From an uncultured delta proteobacterium (GTDB taxonomy: Bacteria > Desulfobacterota > Binatia > Binatales > Binataceae), in assembly GCA_963811865.1 (NCBI GenBank), contig CAWESZ010000005.1:801893-865892 (forward strand): a DNA stretch of 64,000 nucleotides. The letters run 5' to 3'. The notes beneath the pieces are model-generated. The model was not told the DNA's origin and did no database searches. It saw only the letters and a program-made list of their open reading frames with translations. Numbering within the stretch: the stretch's first letter is position 1; every line of letters begins with the position of its first letter. Position numbers and translations under genes: made by a program. This document shows positions 22,012-29,577 of the stretch, in pieces.

Positions 22012-22082
22012 CCCCCTTCCCGACGGGAAGGGGGAACCGAGATCCAGGCGTGATGGACTCCCCTCCCCGCGTCGGGGAGGGG
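22012..22082 (+). terminator. twin GC-rich hairpins (cccccttcc-cgacg-ggaaggggg and cccctcccc-gcgtc-ggggagggg), putative terminator region
   Basis: Two near-identical perfect 9-bp stem-loops 48 nt apart, directly after the Hsp70-like gene stop. No T-tract. Confidence 0.45.
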
Positions 22083-22107
22083 CCGGGGGAGGTACGGACC
22101 GGCAGGA

Positions 22108-23437
22108 TGGGTAACAGAATGGACCGGCAACATGGGTAACAGATTATACAGTCACGGCAGGAGGTGGATGAGATGCCGTGGCAGGAAATTGTCCCATGGA
22201 CAAGCGGATGCAGTTTATCGCGGCGGTGCTGGCAGACGAGCTCAGCATGAGCGAAGTGTGCGAAGAGTTCGGCGTGAGCCGCAAGACCGGATACAAGTTC
22301 CTGCGCCGCTATCAGGCGCAGGGACCGGCGGGCTTGGTGGACCGCTCGCGCGCGCCGCAGCGGGTGCCGTGGGCGCTGAGCCAGGCGCAAGCGGAGGCGA
22401 TCCTGGGCCTGCGCCGCGCGCATCGGAGCTGGGGCCCGAAGAAACTGCGCACGATCTTACAGCGCCACGCGCCCGCGCAGCAGTGGCCCGCGCACAGCAC
22501 CATCGGGGAGTTGCTGCGCCGCCACGGCTTGACCGCCCGACGCCAGCGGCGCCCACGCGCCACTCCGAGCGCGCGGCTGGCGGCGCCCGTGGGCGCCAAC
22601 GACATTTGGGGCGTGGACTTCAAAGGCTGGTTCCGCACTGCGGACGGAGCGCGTTGTGATCCGCTGACCGCGACCGACGGGTTCAGCCGCTATCTGCTGT
22701 GTGCCACGATCGTAACTCCACCTGATTACCAGGGCTGTCGCAGCCAGTTCGAACGGATCTTCAAAGAGTATGGGCTCCCGCGCGTGATCCGTTCCGACAA
22801 TGGCGCGCCCTTCGCTTCGGTCGGCGCGGGCGGACTAAGCCGCTTGTCCGCCTGGTGGATAAAGCTCGGGATCACTCCGCAGCGGATCGCGCCCGGCCGG
22901 CCGCAACAGAACGGCCGGCATGAACGGATGCACAAAACGCTCAAGGCTGAGACCGCCAGTCCGCCGGCCACCAACCTGCATCAACAGCAACAGCGCTTCG
23001 ACCGGTTCCGCCAAGAATTCAATCATGAGCGCCCGCACGAAGCGTTGGGCCAGACCCCGCCCGCAGGCCACTATGCCTCCTCGCCGCGGCGCTATCCGGC
23101 CAAGCTCGAAGACCCGCACTATCCCGCCGACTTCGAGCTGCGCCGGTACGTAACCGCGGCGAGATCAAATGGCAAGGCGAACCGGTCTTCATTGCCGAGG
23201 CTTTGATCAGTGAAGTAATCGGTCTGCAAGAAAATGACCGCGGCGATGCCGCAGTCTATTTCGGGCCGGTCCCACTGGGCATCATCGACGGCCTCACGCT
23301 CAAACTCAAACGTCGAGAACCCGCATGATTCGCAAGCGCGCCACAGCGGCGAGGGGGGCAGCCCCCCTCGCGCTCCTCCCCGAACCCAAACCGGCGAAAA
23401 GTGTTACCTATGTTGCCGGTCTAAAGTGTTACCCATG
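22108..23437 (+). mobile_element. IS481-family insertion sequence (~1.33 kb) with ~34-bp imperfect terminal inverted repeats
   Basis: Left end tgggtaacagaatggaccggcaacatgggtaacag matches the reverse complement of the right end gtgttacctatgttgccggtctaaagtgttacccatg. Encloses a single transposase ORF. Confidence 0.7.
22196..23328 (+). CDS. IS481-family transposase (HTH + DDE integrase core); apparent frameshift near 23155
   Basis: N-terminal HTH (MDKRMQFIAAVLADELSMSEVCEEFGVSRKTGYKFL). rve-domain catalytic residues in WGVDFKG, RSDNGAPF, QQNGRHERMH. C-terminal EIKWQGEPVFIAEALISEVIGL continues in another frame. Confidence 0.75.
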
Positions 23438-23469
23438 TATCCGGCCGCTCAGGAGAGGTTCCTGGCAGC

Positions 23470-24372
23470 TCAAATGATCTTGTTCAGCGGAAACTCGACG
23501 ATTCCGACCGCGCCGGCTTCGAGCAATTTGGGGAACAGCTCGCGCACGGTCAGCTCGCTGATCACGGTCTCGACCGCGACCCATTCCTTGCCCTTCAGCG
23601 TCGCAGACGGATAGAGCGGCGAAACCGTGGGCGCGGTGATCGACGGCAGCAGCTTGATCACGCGCTCGAGGTTCTCACGCGCGACGTTCATCTTGATTCC
23701 CACCCGGCTCTCCGCGTCGAGCGCGCCCCGCACCAGCACCGCGATCTGCTTCACCTTGGCCTGCTTCCACGGCTCGGCCCACGCGGTCTGGTTCGCGACC
23801 ATCACCGGCGAGGACGTGAGCAGCTCCTCGACGATCCGCAGTCCGTTGGCGCGAATCGACGAGCCGGTCTCGGTCACATCGATCGCCGCGTCCACCAGTC
23901 CGTCGGCGACCTTGGCCTCGGTCGCGCCCCATGAAAACTCAACGTCGACTTTGACCTTGCGCCTGATGAACAGTTGGCGCGTGAAATTGACCAGCTCGGT
24001 CGCGACGCGTTTGCCCGCCAGGTCTTCCAGCTTGCGGATCGGCGAATTCTCCCGCACCACCAGCACCCATCGCGAGGGGGCCAGCGACACCTTCGCGTAA
24101 ACGAAGGTTTCCACTTCGACCAGATCGACGGCGTTTTCCGCGACCCAGTCGCGTCCCGTGATTCCCGCGTCGAGCGAGCCGTCGGCGATATAGCGCGGCA
24201 TCTCCTGCGGCCGCAGCACGCGCAGGCTCAGGCTCGCGTCGTCCACCTTGGGAATATACGACCGCGCGTCGACCGAGATCCGCCAGCCCGCCTTGCGCAG
24301 CAACTCGAGCGTCTGCACCTCGAGGCTGCCCTTGGGTATTCCGAACCGGAGAATATTTTCCATCTTCGCCAT
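23470..24372 (-). CDS. hisG: ATP phosphoribosyltransferase, long form
   Basis: Full-length 300-aa HisG with the C-terminal regulatory domain. Catalytic-domain signature region ...LVDAAIDVTETGSSIRANGL... Confidence 0.9.
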   Translation of the reverse strand: MAKMENILRFGIPKGSLEVQTLELLRKAGWRISVDARSYIPKVDDASLSLRVLRPQEMPRYIADGSLDAGITGRDWVAENAVDLVEVETFVYAKVSLAPSRWVLVVRENSPIRKLEDLAGKRVATELVNFTRQLFIRRKVKVDVEFSWGATEAKVADGLVDAAIDVTETGSSIRANGLRIVEELLTSSPVMVANQTAWAEPWKQAKVKQIAVLVRGALDAESRVGIKMNVARENLERVIKLLPSITAPTVSPLYPSATLKGKEWVAVETVISELTVRELFPKLLEAGAVGIVEFPLNKII

Positions 24373-24386
24373 TCAGAAAAAACCGA

Positions 24387-24465
24387 AACCACAGATGAAC
24401 ACTGATGAACACCGATAAAACATTTCTGACTTTCTATTTGTGTTAATCAGTGTTCATCTGTGGTT
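24387..24465. repeat. 26-bp near-perfect inverted repeat (aaccacagatgaacactgatgaacac ... gtgttaatcagtgttcatctgtggtt) with ~27-bp AT-rich spacer, between hisI and hisG
   Basis: Read directly from the sequence. Locally AT-rich in a GC-rich genome. Overlaps the 3' end of the hisI ORF. Confidence 0.6.
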
Positions 24466-24887
24466 GCCTTTTTCTTTTTTTCCTGGTGTCCGTAATTCGG
24501 GCCGTATTTCGCCGGATCGACCTTGCGCGGATCGACGATTCTCCATTCGCCGTTTTCGAGCACGCGAAAGTAATCGCTCTCGTAGCCCAGATGGCACGCG
24601 GCGCCGTCGCCCTGCTGGTCGACGATCAGCAGGATCGTGTCGTCGTCGCAGTCGATCCGGATTTCGCGCACGGCCTGGAAATTCCCCGACTCCTCACCCT
24701 TGCGCCACAAGCGTTGGCGCGAGCGCGAGTAGTAGCAGGCGCGGCCGGTCGCGACAGTCTCCTCGAACGCCTCGCGATTCATATACGCGACCATCAGCAC
24801 GCGCTTGCTCGCCACGTCCTGCGTAACGACCGGCACCACGCCGCCGTTCTTGTCGAAATCGATTGAAGCCGCGGCTTTCATCAGCAA
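24447..24887 (-). CDS. hisI: phosphoribosyl-AMP cyclohydrolase
   Basis: Conserved HisI core ...[28 protein letters not shown]... The C-terminal tail reads into the inverted repeat. Confidence 0.8.
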   Translation of the reverse strand: MLMKAAASIDFDKNGGVVPVVTQDVASKRVLMVAYMNREAFEETVATGRACYYSRSRQRLWRKGEESGNFQAVREIRIDCDDDTILLIVDQQGDGAACHLGYESDYFRVLENGEWRIVDPRKVDPAKYGPNYGHQEKKKKATTDEH

Positions 24888-25197
24888 TCGAGCGCCCCAA
24901 CGCCCGCGAACGAGAAACTATCGGTGACGGACGAACGATTCAATGCCATCGTTCAAGGGAAAGGTAGTGACCTTGACCCGGTCCGCCCTGAATCCCACGG
25001 TTTTTAAGCAGAGCCCGTTAACCAAAAGGAGACGGACGATGCGAAATCGCCGCGGCGTTCGATCCACAGTCCACTCATAACTGCATATTCGAGCAATATA
25101 GACAAAATGTTCACTAATGCGAACTAATTGACTCCGATCTCGAACAAGTGCATAATACAAATGTATTCGGACTTGACATAGGATTTCGAGTCCGAAT

Positions 25198-25255
25198 TTG
25201 ATCCAGCCCGACAGTGGCCCTTTCGCTCGCCTTCGACCACGTTTCGCTAGACCAA
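25198..25255 (+). promoter_or_regulatory. conserved ~58-nt element, copy 1 (ttgatccagcccgacagtggcccttTcgctcgccttCgaccacgttTcgctagaccaa), ~35 nt upstream of RBS gaggag + ATGGGAC
   Basis: Three near-identical copies in this window (with 27691-27748 and 28171-28228). The 10-nt ends are imperfect inverted repeats (ttgatccagc / gctagaccaa). Confidence 0.55.
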
Positions 25256-25667
25256 CATTCACGTGACCTAGGAAGGCTTGAGGAGGCCCAATGGGACATT
25301 CTCGACTACGTCAGGATCCGTAACACTTTCATTTCGATTGCTCTGGTTGCGATGGCGTTCGGCGCGCAGGCTTGTTTCTTCCCGGGCGGCGGCGGGCACG
25401 GCGGATCGCATTACGGAGACTCGGGTCGCCGCAGTTGGCGCTGAGCGACTGTCGAATGGCTTTCTCGCAAAGTAGGATAGCGGTGGCTATGCGGGCGACG
25501 GACCCGCCCTCGTTCTGCGTCCCGCTTGAATTGACAATCTGAGCCGCGGGTTCGGCCTCGCGCCATCGATAATCGGCGCGAGGTCGAATCCGAAGCGGCC
25601 ACCGCGCCGGCGTACAACCGGCGCAACTCTCTCACCAACCCAACATTTCCGCAGCAATCTGGAGACG

Positions 25668-26027
25668 ATGCCTATGAATAGCTACGCAGGTAAGCGCGGG
25701 CCCAACGGCCTTTTGGTTTACGTGATGGAGGAATACCAACCCGGCGATACAGTCCGCCGGCTCTCGCCCCGGACTGATCTTGTGAAGCATACCCCGCGTG
25801 GCGTTTTCGAGTGCGGCTTCAAAGGTTCGGGACCAAGCCAGTTGGCGCTGGCGATCCTCGCCGATCATCTTGTCAACGAGAGCGAGGCAGTGGATCTACA
25901 TCTTCGCTTCCGGGATCGGGCGATAGTTAGTCTGCCGCGCGATCGCGGCTGGCGTCTGACCGGCGGCGACATCAACGGGCACCTGGAGGCCCTTCGCGGC
26001 ACTCCGCAAGTTGCCGCCACACTTTGA
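25668..26027 (+). CDS. hypothetical protein
   Basis: 119-aa ORF with GC-typical codon usage, followed by a strong hairpin terminator. Confidence 0.4.
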   Translation: MPMNSYAGKRGPNGLLVYVMEEYQPGDTVRRLSPRTDLVKHTPRGVFECGFKGSGPSQLALAILADHLVNESEAVDLHLRFRDRAIVSLPRDRGWRLTGGDINGHLEALRGTPQVAATL

Positions 26028-26094
26028 TGAAAATCGCCCCTTTCTCTTCACGCAGCGGGGCGGCGTAAACCAACACCAGAGCGGACGACGCTTG

Positions 26095-26133
26095 ACGGCG
26101 GCGCCTCGGAACGAGACGCCGCCGTCCTTTTGG
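26095..26133 (+). terminator. rho-independent-like terminator: perfect 10-bp stem gacggcggcg/cgccgccgtc, 12-nt loop, then cttttgg
   Basis: Read from the sequence. Lies in the convergent intergenic region between the 25668-26027 gene and the BON gene. Confidence 0.45.
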
Positions 26134-26215
26134 CAGCCTCGGGCGTGCGCGACCATCGCCATGGTCGCTTTGCACGCCCCTCATTCGAATTGGATCACCG
26201 CCGGCGCATCACCGA

Positions 26216-27268
26216 TCAGATCAGTCCGCTGCCCGAGAGGCGCAGATCGTCCCTGACGGTGCGCACGCCCGGGACGGACTGCGCATCGACGGCGGCCTCC
26301 AGGCCCCGCGCTCCGGTTGGAACGGTCCCGGTTAGCCGCGCCACGCCATCCCTCACCTCCAAGCCAACGCCCTTGAAGTCATGCTCGTCGAGGGCCGTCC
26401 TGACACCGCGCTGTAGTTCGTCATCGCGCGCGTTCACCGAGTTCCGCTTGTCGTTCGCCACCACCTGCAGTTCGTTCGCCACCCGCTCAACCCCGCTCAC
26501 CTTGAGCGTATCGGCTTCAGCACCGGCCTTGGCGTCCTGCGAGGACACGATTCCGAAAAGCGTCACTACGCCGTCCCATGAGTCCAGGTTGATTTCGAGC
26601 CCTGGAAGCCGGGCATCGGCGAGCAAGCGCATCCTCACGTCCGAGGTGATCCAAATGTCACTGGCGGTGTCCCAGACTCCGTACCCCGCCTCGGACTGGC
26701 GAGGCGCAGGCCCGCGCCAGATTTCGGCGTCGGCCAAGGCCTCGGGACTCTGGATTTCACTGGTGATCCCGCGCACACCCGGGACCGCGGCCGTAACCTC
26801 GGCGGCGCGCAGGTGAGCGCTCAAGGTCTTGGCCGAGCCGCCTAGCCGCACCACGCCCTGGCTCGCGGATTCCACGGCGATGTTGCTGCTCTGGAGCGAA
26901 GGGTCAGTCTGTAACGCCTGCTCGACCCGCAGCTTGAGGTCGTCATCAGACAGCCGCAGCGCCTTCTCGTGCTCGGGGGCAACTACCAGAAGGTTGCGCA
27001 CGTCTTCGACGCCGTCGATCCGCCGGGCGATGGTCTCAGCCTTCGCCTTCTCCTCAGCGGAGTACGCCTTGCCGTACAGAGTGACCCGGCCGATGACCGT
27101 GTCCACCTTGATGTCCGTGCCGCTCACGCCCTCCATGGTCAACAGCGCCAGCTTAACTTTGGCGGTAATCGAGGCGTCGGGCGTCGCCGCCACGGCCGGC
27201 ACAGCCAGCGCCGCGCCCATCACTACTGCCAACATGCTGCATTTAATCCAACTCGATAATCCATGCAT
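26216..27268 (-). CDS. BON domain-containing protein (OsmY-like, ~4 BON repeats), secreted
   Basis: Signal peptide MLAVVMGAALAVPAVAA. Repeated BON-like units (...DIKVDTVIGRVTLYGKAYSAEEKAKAETIARRIDGVEDVRNLL...). Confidence 0.8.
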   Translation of the reverse strand: MHGLSSWIKCSMLAVVMGAALAVPAVAATPDASITAKVKLALLTMEGVSGTDIKVDTVIGRVTLYGKAYSAEEKAKAETIARRIDGVEDVRNLLVVAPEHEKALRLSDDDLKLRVEQALQTDPSLQSSNIAVESASQGVVRLGGSAKTLSAHLRAAEVTAAVPGVRGITSEIQSPEALADAEIWRGPAPRQSEAGYGVWDTASDIWITSDVRMRLLADARLPGLEINLDSWDGVVTLFGIVSSQDAKAGAEADTLKVSGVERVANELQVVANDKRNSVNARDDELQRGVRTALDEHDFKGVGLEVRDGVARLTGTVPTGARGLEAAVDAQSVPGVRTVRDDLRLSGSGLI

Positions 27269-27294
27269 GATATTTTTCCCTGGTTGAGCAGCGT

Positions 27295-27468
27295 TCACCG
27301 GATCACCACTGCGGCCCCGAATCCGCCACCCATCACCAACCAGACCACCAGGACGATCACCACGATAGTCATCAGGCTCATGCCACCTCGGCCATAGTAG
27401 CCGCTGCGATAGCCATAAAAGCCGCCGCCGCCGAACAGCAGAATCAACAGAATAAGTAGAAGCAACAT
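27295..27468 (-). CDS. small hydrophobic Gly/Tyr-rich membrane protein (57 aa: MLLLLILLILLFGGGGFYGYRSGYYGRGGMSLMTIVVIVLVVWLVMGGGFGAAVVIR)
   Basis: Good SD (ggagga) 8 nt upstream of ATG. Two hydrophobic segments. Directly upstream of, and co-oriented with, the BON gene. Not in the ORF track (<60 aa). Confidence 0.45.
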   Translation of the reverse strand: MLLLLILLILLFGGGGFYGYRSGYYGRGGMSLMTIVVIVLVVWLVMGGGFGAAVVIR

Positions 27469-27583
27469 ATGAACTATTCCTCCGGTTTGTCTGAAACAGT
27501 ACTATTCAAAGCAAGACCCCACCGCGCCTGATGCTTTCGGTCTGCGAAAACAATCGAAGCGCGGCCCGGGCGCGGCGGATGTC

Positions 27584-27646
27584 TCACACGACGCCGAACA
27601 GCCAGAGCACGATCACGATCGCCACCACGCCTCCAACAGAAAGGTA
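27584..27646 (-). CDS. tiny hydrophobic peptide ORF (21 aa: MYLSVGGVVAIVIVLWLFGVV)
   Basis: SD ggagg 6 nt upstream of ATG. Located ~45 nt downstream of conserved element copy 2. Single predicted TM helix. Confidence 0.3.
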   Translation of the reverse strand, partial: YLSVGGVVAIVIVLWLFGVV

Positions 27647-27690
27647 CATATCGGCCTCCATCGCAGGCCTCTAGTTCGGTCTATGGGCGA

Positions 27691-27748
27691 TTGGTCTAGC
27701 GGAACGTGGTCAAAGGCGAGCGGAAGGGCCACCGTAGGGCTGGATCAA
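27691..27748 (-). promoter_or_regulatory. conserved ~58-nt element, copy 2 (minus orientation), upstream of the 21-aa ORF
   Basis: Reverse complement reads ttgatccagccctacggtggcccttccgctcgcctttgaccacgttccgctagaccaa. Confidence 0.55.
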
Positions 27749-28170
27749 AATTGGGACTCGATTCGTCTGTCGATCCCGACGTTTGTAGGTTACGCCAGGC
27801 GTAATGCAAGACGCAATCGCCAGACCCGCTCAGTGCGTTCTGTAAGGAACCAGTATGGTGTTTTGCCGATGCGAATTCGACGGACCTAAGGTGACACTGA
27901 CGTTGCGCCCTGAAAACCGGAACCGTTGCCGTGGGCGGCGCCGAATAGGAGAATCATAGCGTAAACAGTCCTTTTCATTGGTCGCCAGCACAGTTTCCTG
28001 TGCGTCGCTGGCGACGCCGGCGCTTGCCGAAATAAACTACCAAGCCTCAGGATGTATTTCCGGGCGAATATGCACAAATAGTCATCAGCGTAGATTGAGG
28101 TTGACTCCACCTACAAAATTGGTGAATACTTACGAAGCGTTCAGCACTCGACATATGAATCGGTCTGAAC

Positions 28171-28228
28171 TTGATCCAGCCCGACAGTGGCCCTTCCGCT
28201 CGCCTTTGACCACGTTCCGCTAGACCAA
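28171..28228 (+). promoter_or_regulatory. conserved ~58-nt element, copy 3, ~35 nt upstream of RBS gaggag + ATGGGAC short uORF preceding csbD-like gene
   Basis: ttgatccagcccgacagtggcccttccgctcgcctttgaccacgttccgctagaccaa, then ...ggcttgaggagacccaATGggac. Confidence 0.55.
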
Positions 28229-28340
28229 CCACGTTGTGCCGCAGAAAGGCTTGAGGAGACCCAATGGGACGCCCGCATTTTCCCGCCATCCGCAAGGCCG
28301 AATTCAGAGCGCTAGAAACATCCAGCCAGAGGAGAAGTTT

Positions 28341-28520
28341 ATGAGTGGAACAACTGATGTGATCAAAGGCCGCGTGAAGGAAGCGGTTGGTGCTCTGACG
28401 AACGATCAGGGCCTGAAGGATGAGGGAAAGCTCGATCAGACCGCGGGCAAGATTAAAGAGGGAGTAGCGCGTGTGATCGACCAGGCCAAGAATGCCGCGA
28501 AAACCGGGAATCGAAAATGA
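28341..28520 (+). CDS. csbD: CsbD-family general stress protein
   Basis: MSGTTDVIKGRVKEAVGALTNDQGLKDEGKLDQTAGKIKEGVARV matches the CsbD consensus. SD agaggag. A 22-codon uORF (MGRPHFPAIRKAEFRALETSSQRRSL) ends overlapping the csbD start. Confidence 0.75.
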   Translation: MSGTTDVIKGRVKEAVGALTNDQGLKDEGKLDQTAGKIKEGVARVIDQAKNAAKTGNRK

Positions 28521-28635
28521 CCCCGCGTCGGCAGCAACATCTTTGCCGTCAAGGTCGGAAACACGCCATAAAATCAGAAACACCGGCGGCGGCAGCGGCT
28601 GAACGTCGCGGGTTCTCGTTTGAGGAACAAAGCTG

Positions 28636-28869
28636 ATGAAATCGATTACATGGTTAGGCGCAATTATAGGTCTGCTGGGAATTTGCGGGCTCGCAATCCC
28701 GGTGTTTACGACGTCACAACCCAAGACCGTCGTGGCGTTGGGCGATCTTAAGGTTCAGAGCACCGAGGAATCCACTTACGTGGTTCCCCAGCAGTTGAGT
28801 ATCGGTGCACTTGTCCTGGGAGCCATTCTTATCGGCGCGGGAACCTACGCAAAACGCCAGGAGGCGTAA
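28636..28869 (+). CDS. hypothetical small membrane protein (77 aa, two TM helices)
   Basis: Hydrophobic N- and C-terminal segments, SD gaggaa upstream. Confidence 0.45.
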   Translation: MKSITWLGAIIGLLGICGLAIPVFTTSQPKTVVALGDLKVQSTEESTYVVPQQLSIGALVLGAILIGAGTYAKRQEA

Positions 28870-28908
28870 GATAAATCCGTCGCATAGCTTGATCGGGGGG
28901 CCTCATCA

Positions 28909-29439
28909 TTTGGCTAGCTACGAACACCTGGCGCATATAGCGATCTGCCTTTGCCTGGCAGTGTTCGTGGCAGCGTGCGCTACCCAAACGGAACCGGAAC
29001 GCGAGTCCATCGCCCTCCCGGTGCGGCTGCTCCGCTGGCGGCTGTGCCGCCGGCGCCGTTGGCTGCACCTCCCGTAGCGCGCGCGAAACGATCGAAAATA
29101 GTCATGGCCTCATACCAAGGCCGCGGTACCGCTGGTCGGCTGACGGCCACCGGCGAGCTTTACAATCCCGACAAGCTGACGGCAGCATCGCGCACCCTGC
29201 CGATGGGCTCGACAATCAAGGTGACCAGCCTCGCCACCGGCCGCTCTGTGAATGTACGCATCAACGATCGTGGTCCTTTTGTTCACGGGCGGAGCCTCGA
29301 CCTCTCGAAAAGAGCGGCCGAAAGAATTGGGATCACCGATGGCGGCGTGGGCCGCGTGAGAATTACGCGCGTCAGTTCACATCCAGTCCCGACCGAACCC
29401 GACTCGCCATCTCTCGTGGGTGTGCCGACTCCCCCCTAA
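28909..29439 (+). CDS. RlpA-like lipoprotein (double-psi beta-barrel domain); apparent frameshift near 29005
   Basis: Lipoprotein signal LCLAVFVAAC in one frame (ORF 28805-29077). DPBB domain RLTATGELYNPDKLTAASRTLPMGSTIKVTSLATGRSVNVRINDRGPF in another (ORF 28951-29439). Confidence 0.6.
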
Positions 29440-29577
29440 CTGGCATTGCCACGTTCACCGGAAGGGCAGTCTGTAGCCGTAAAATTCCAGTACTTGATCT
29501 GACGGTGAATCAGGTGGGCGCCGTGAACCGGGTGGTGCTCCGACGGATGGTTATTGCGCCGGTGAGTTGAACCTGGC

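Noticed and set aside
22099-23445. Target-site duplication flanking the IS481-like element
   Set aside because: Flanks (..ggaccggcagg | ... | gtatccggccgc..) share only a loose ccgg(c) motif that is not directly adjacent. No reliable direct repeat could be defined.
25198-25255. Assigning the repeated 58-nt element to a specific promoter class (sigma70 TTGACC/TAGACC or EcfG-type GGAAC...CGTT)
   Set aside because: Spacing and hexamers do not fit either consensus convincingly. Only the repeat itself is reported, without a promoter class.
27541-27583. Apparent terminator hairpin after the 21-aa ORF (gcgcggcccgggcgcgg + ttgtttt)
   Set aside because: The stem is not a clean palindrome, at most 4-5 bp, so it is not called a terminator.
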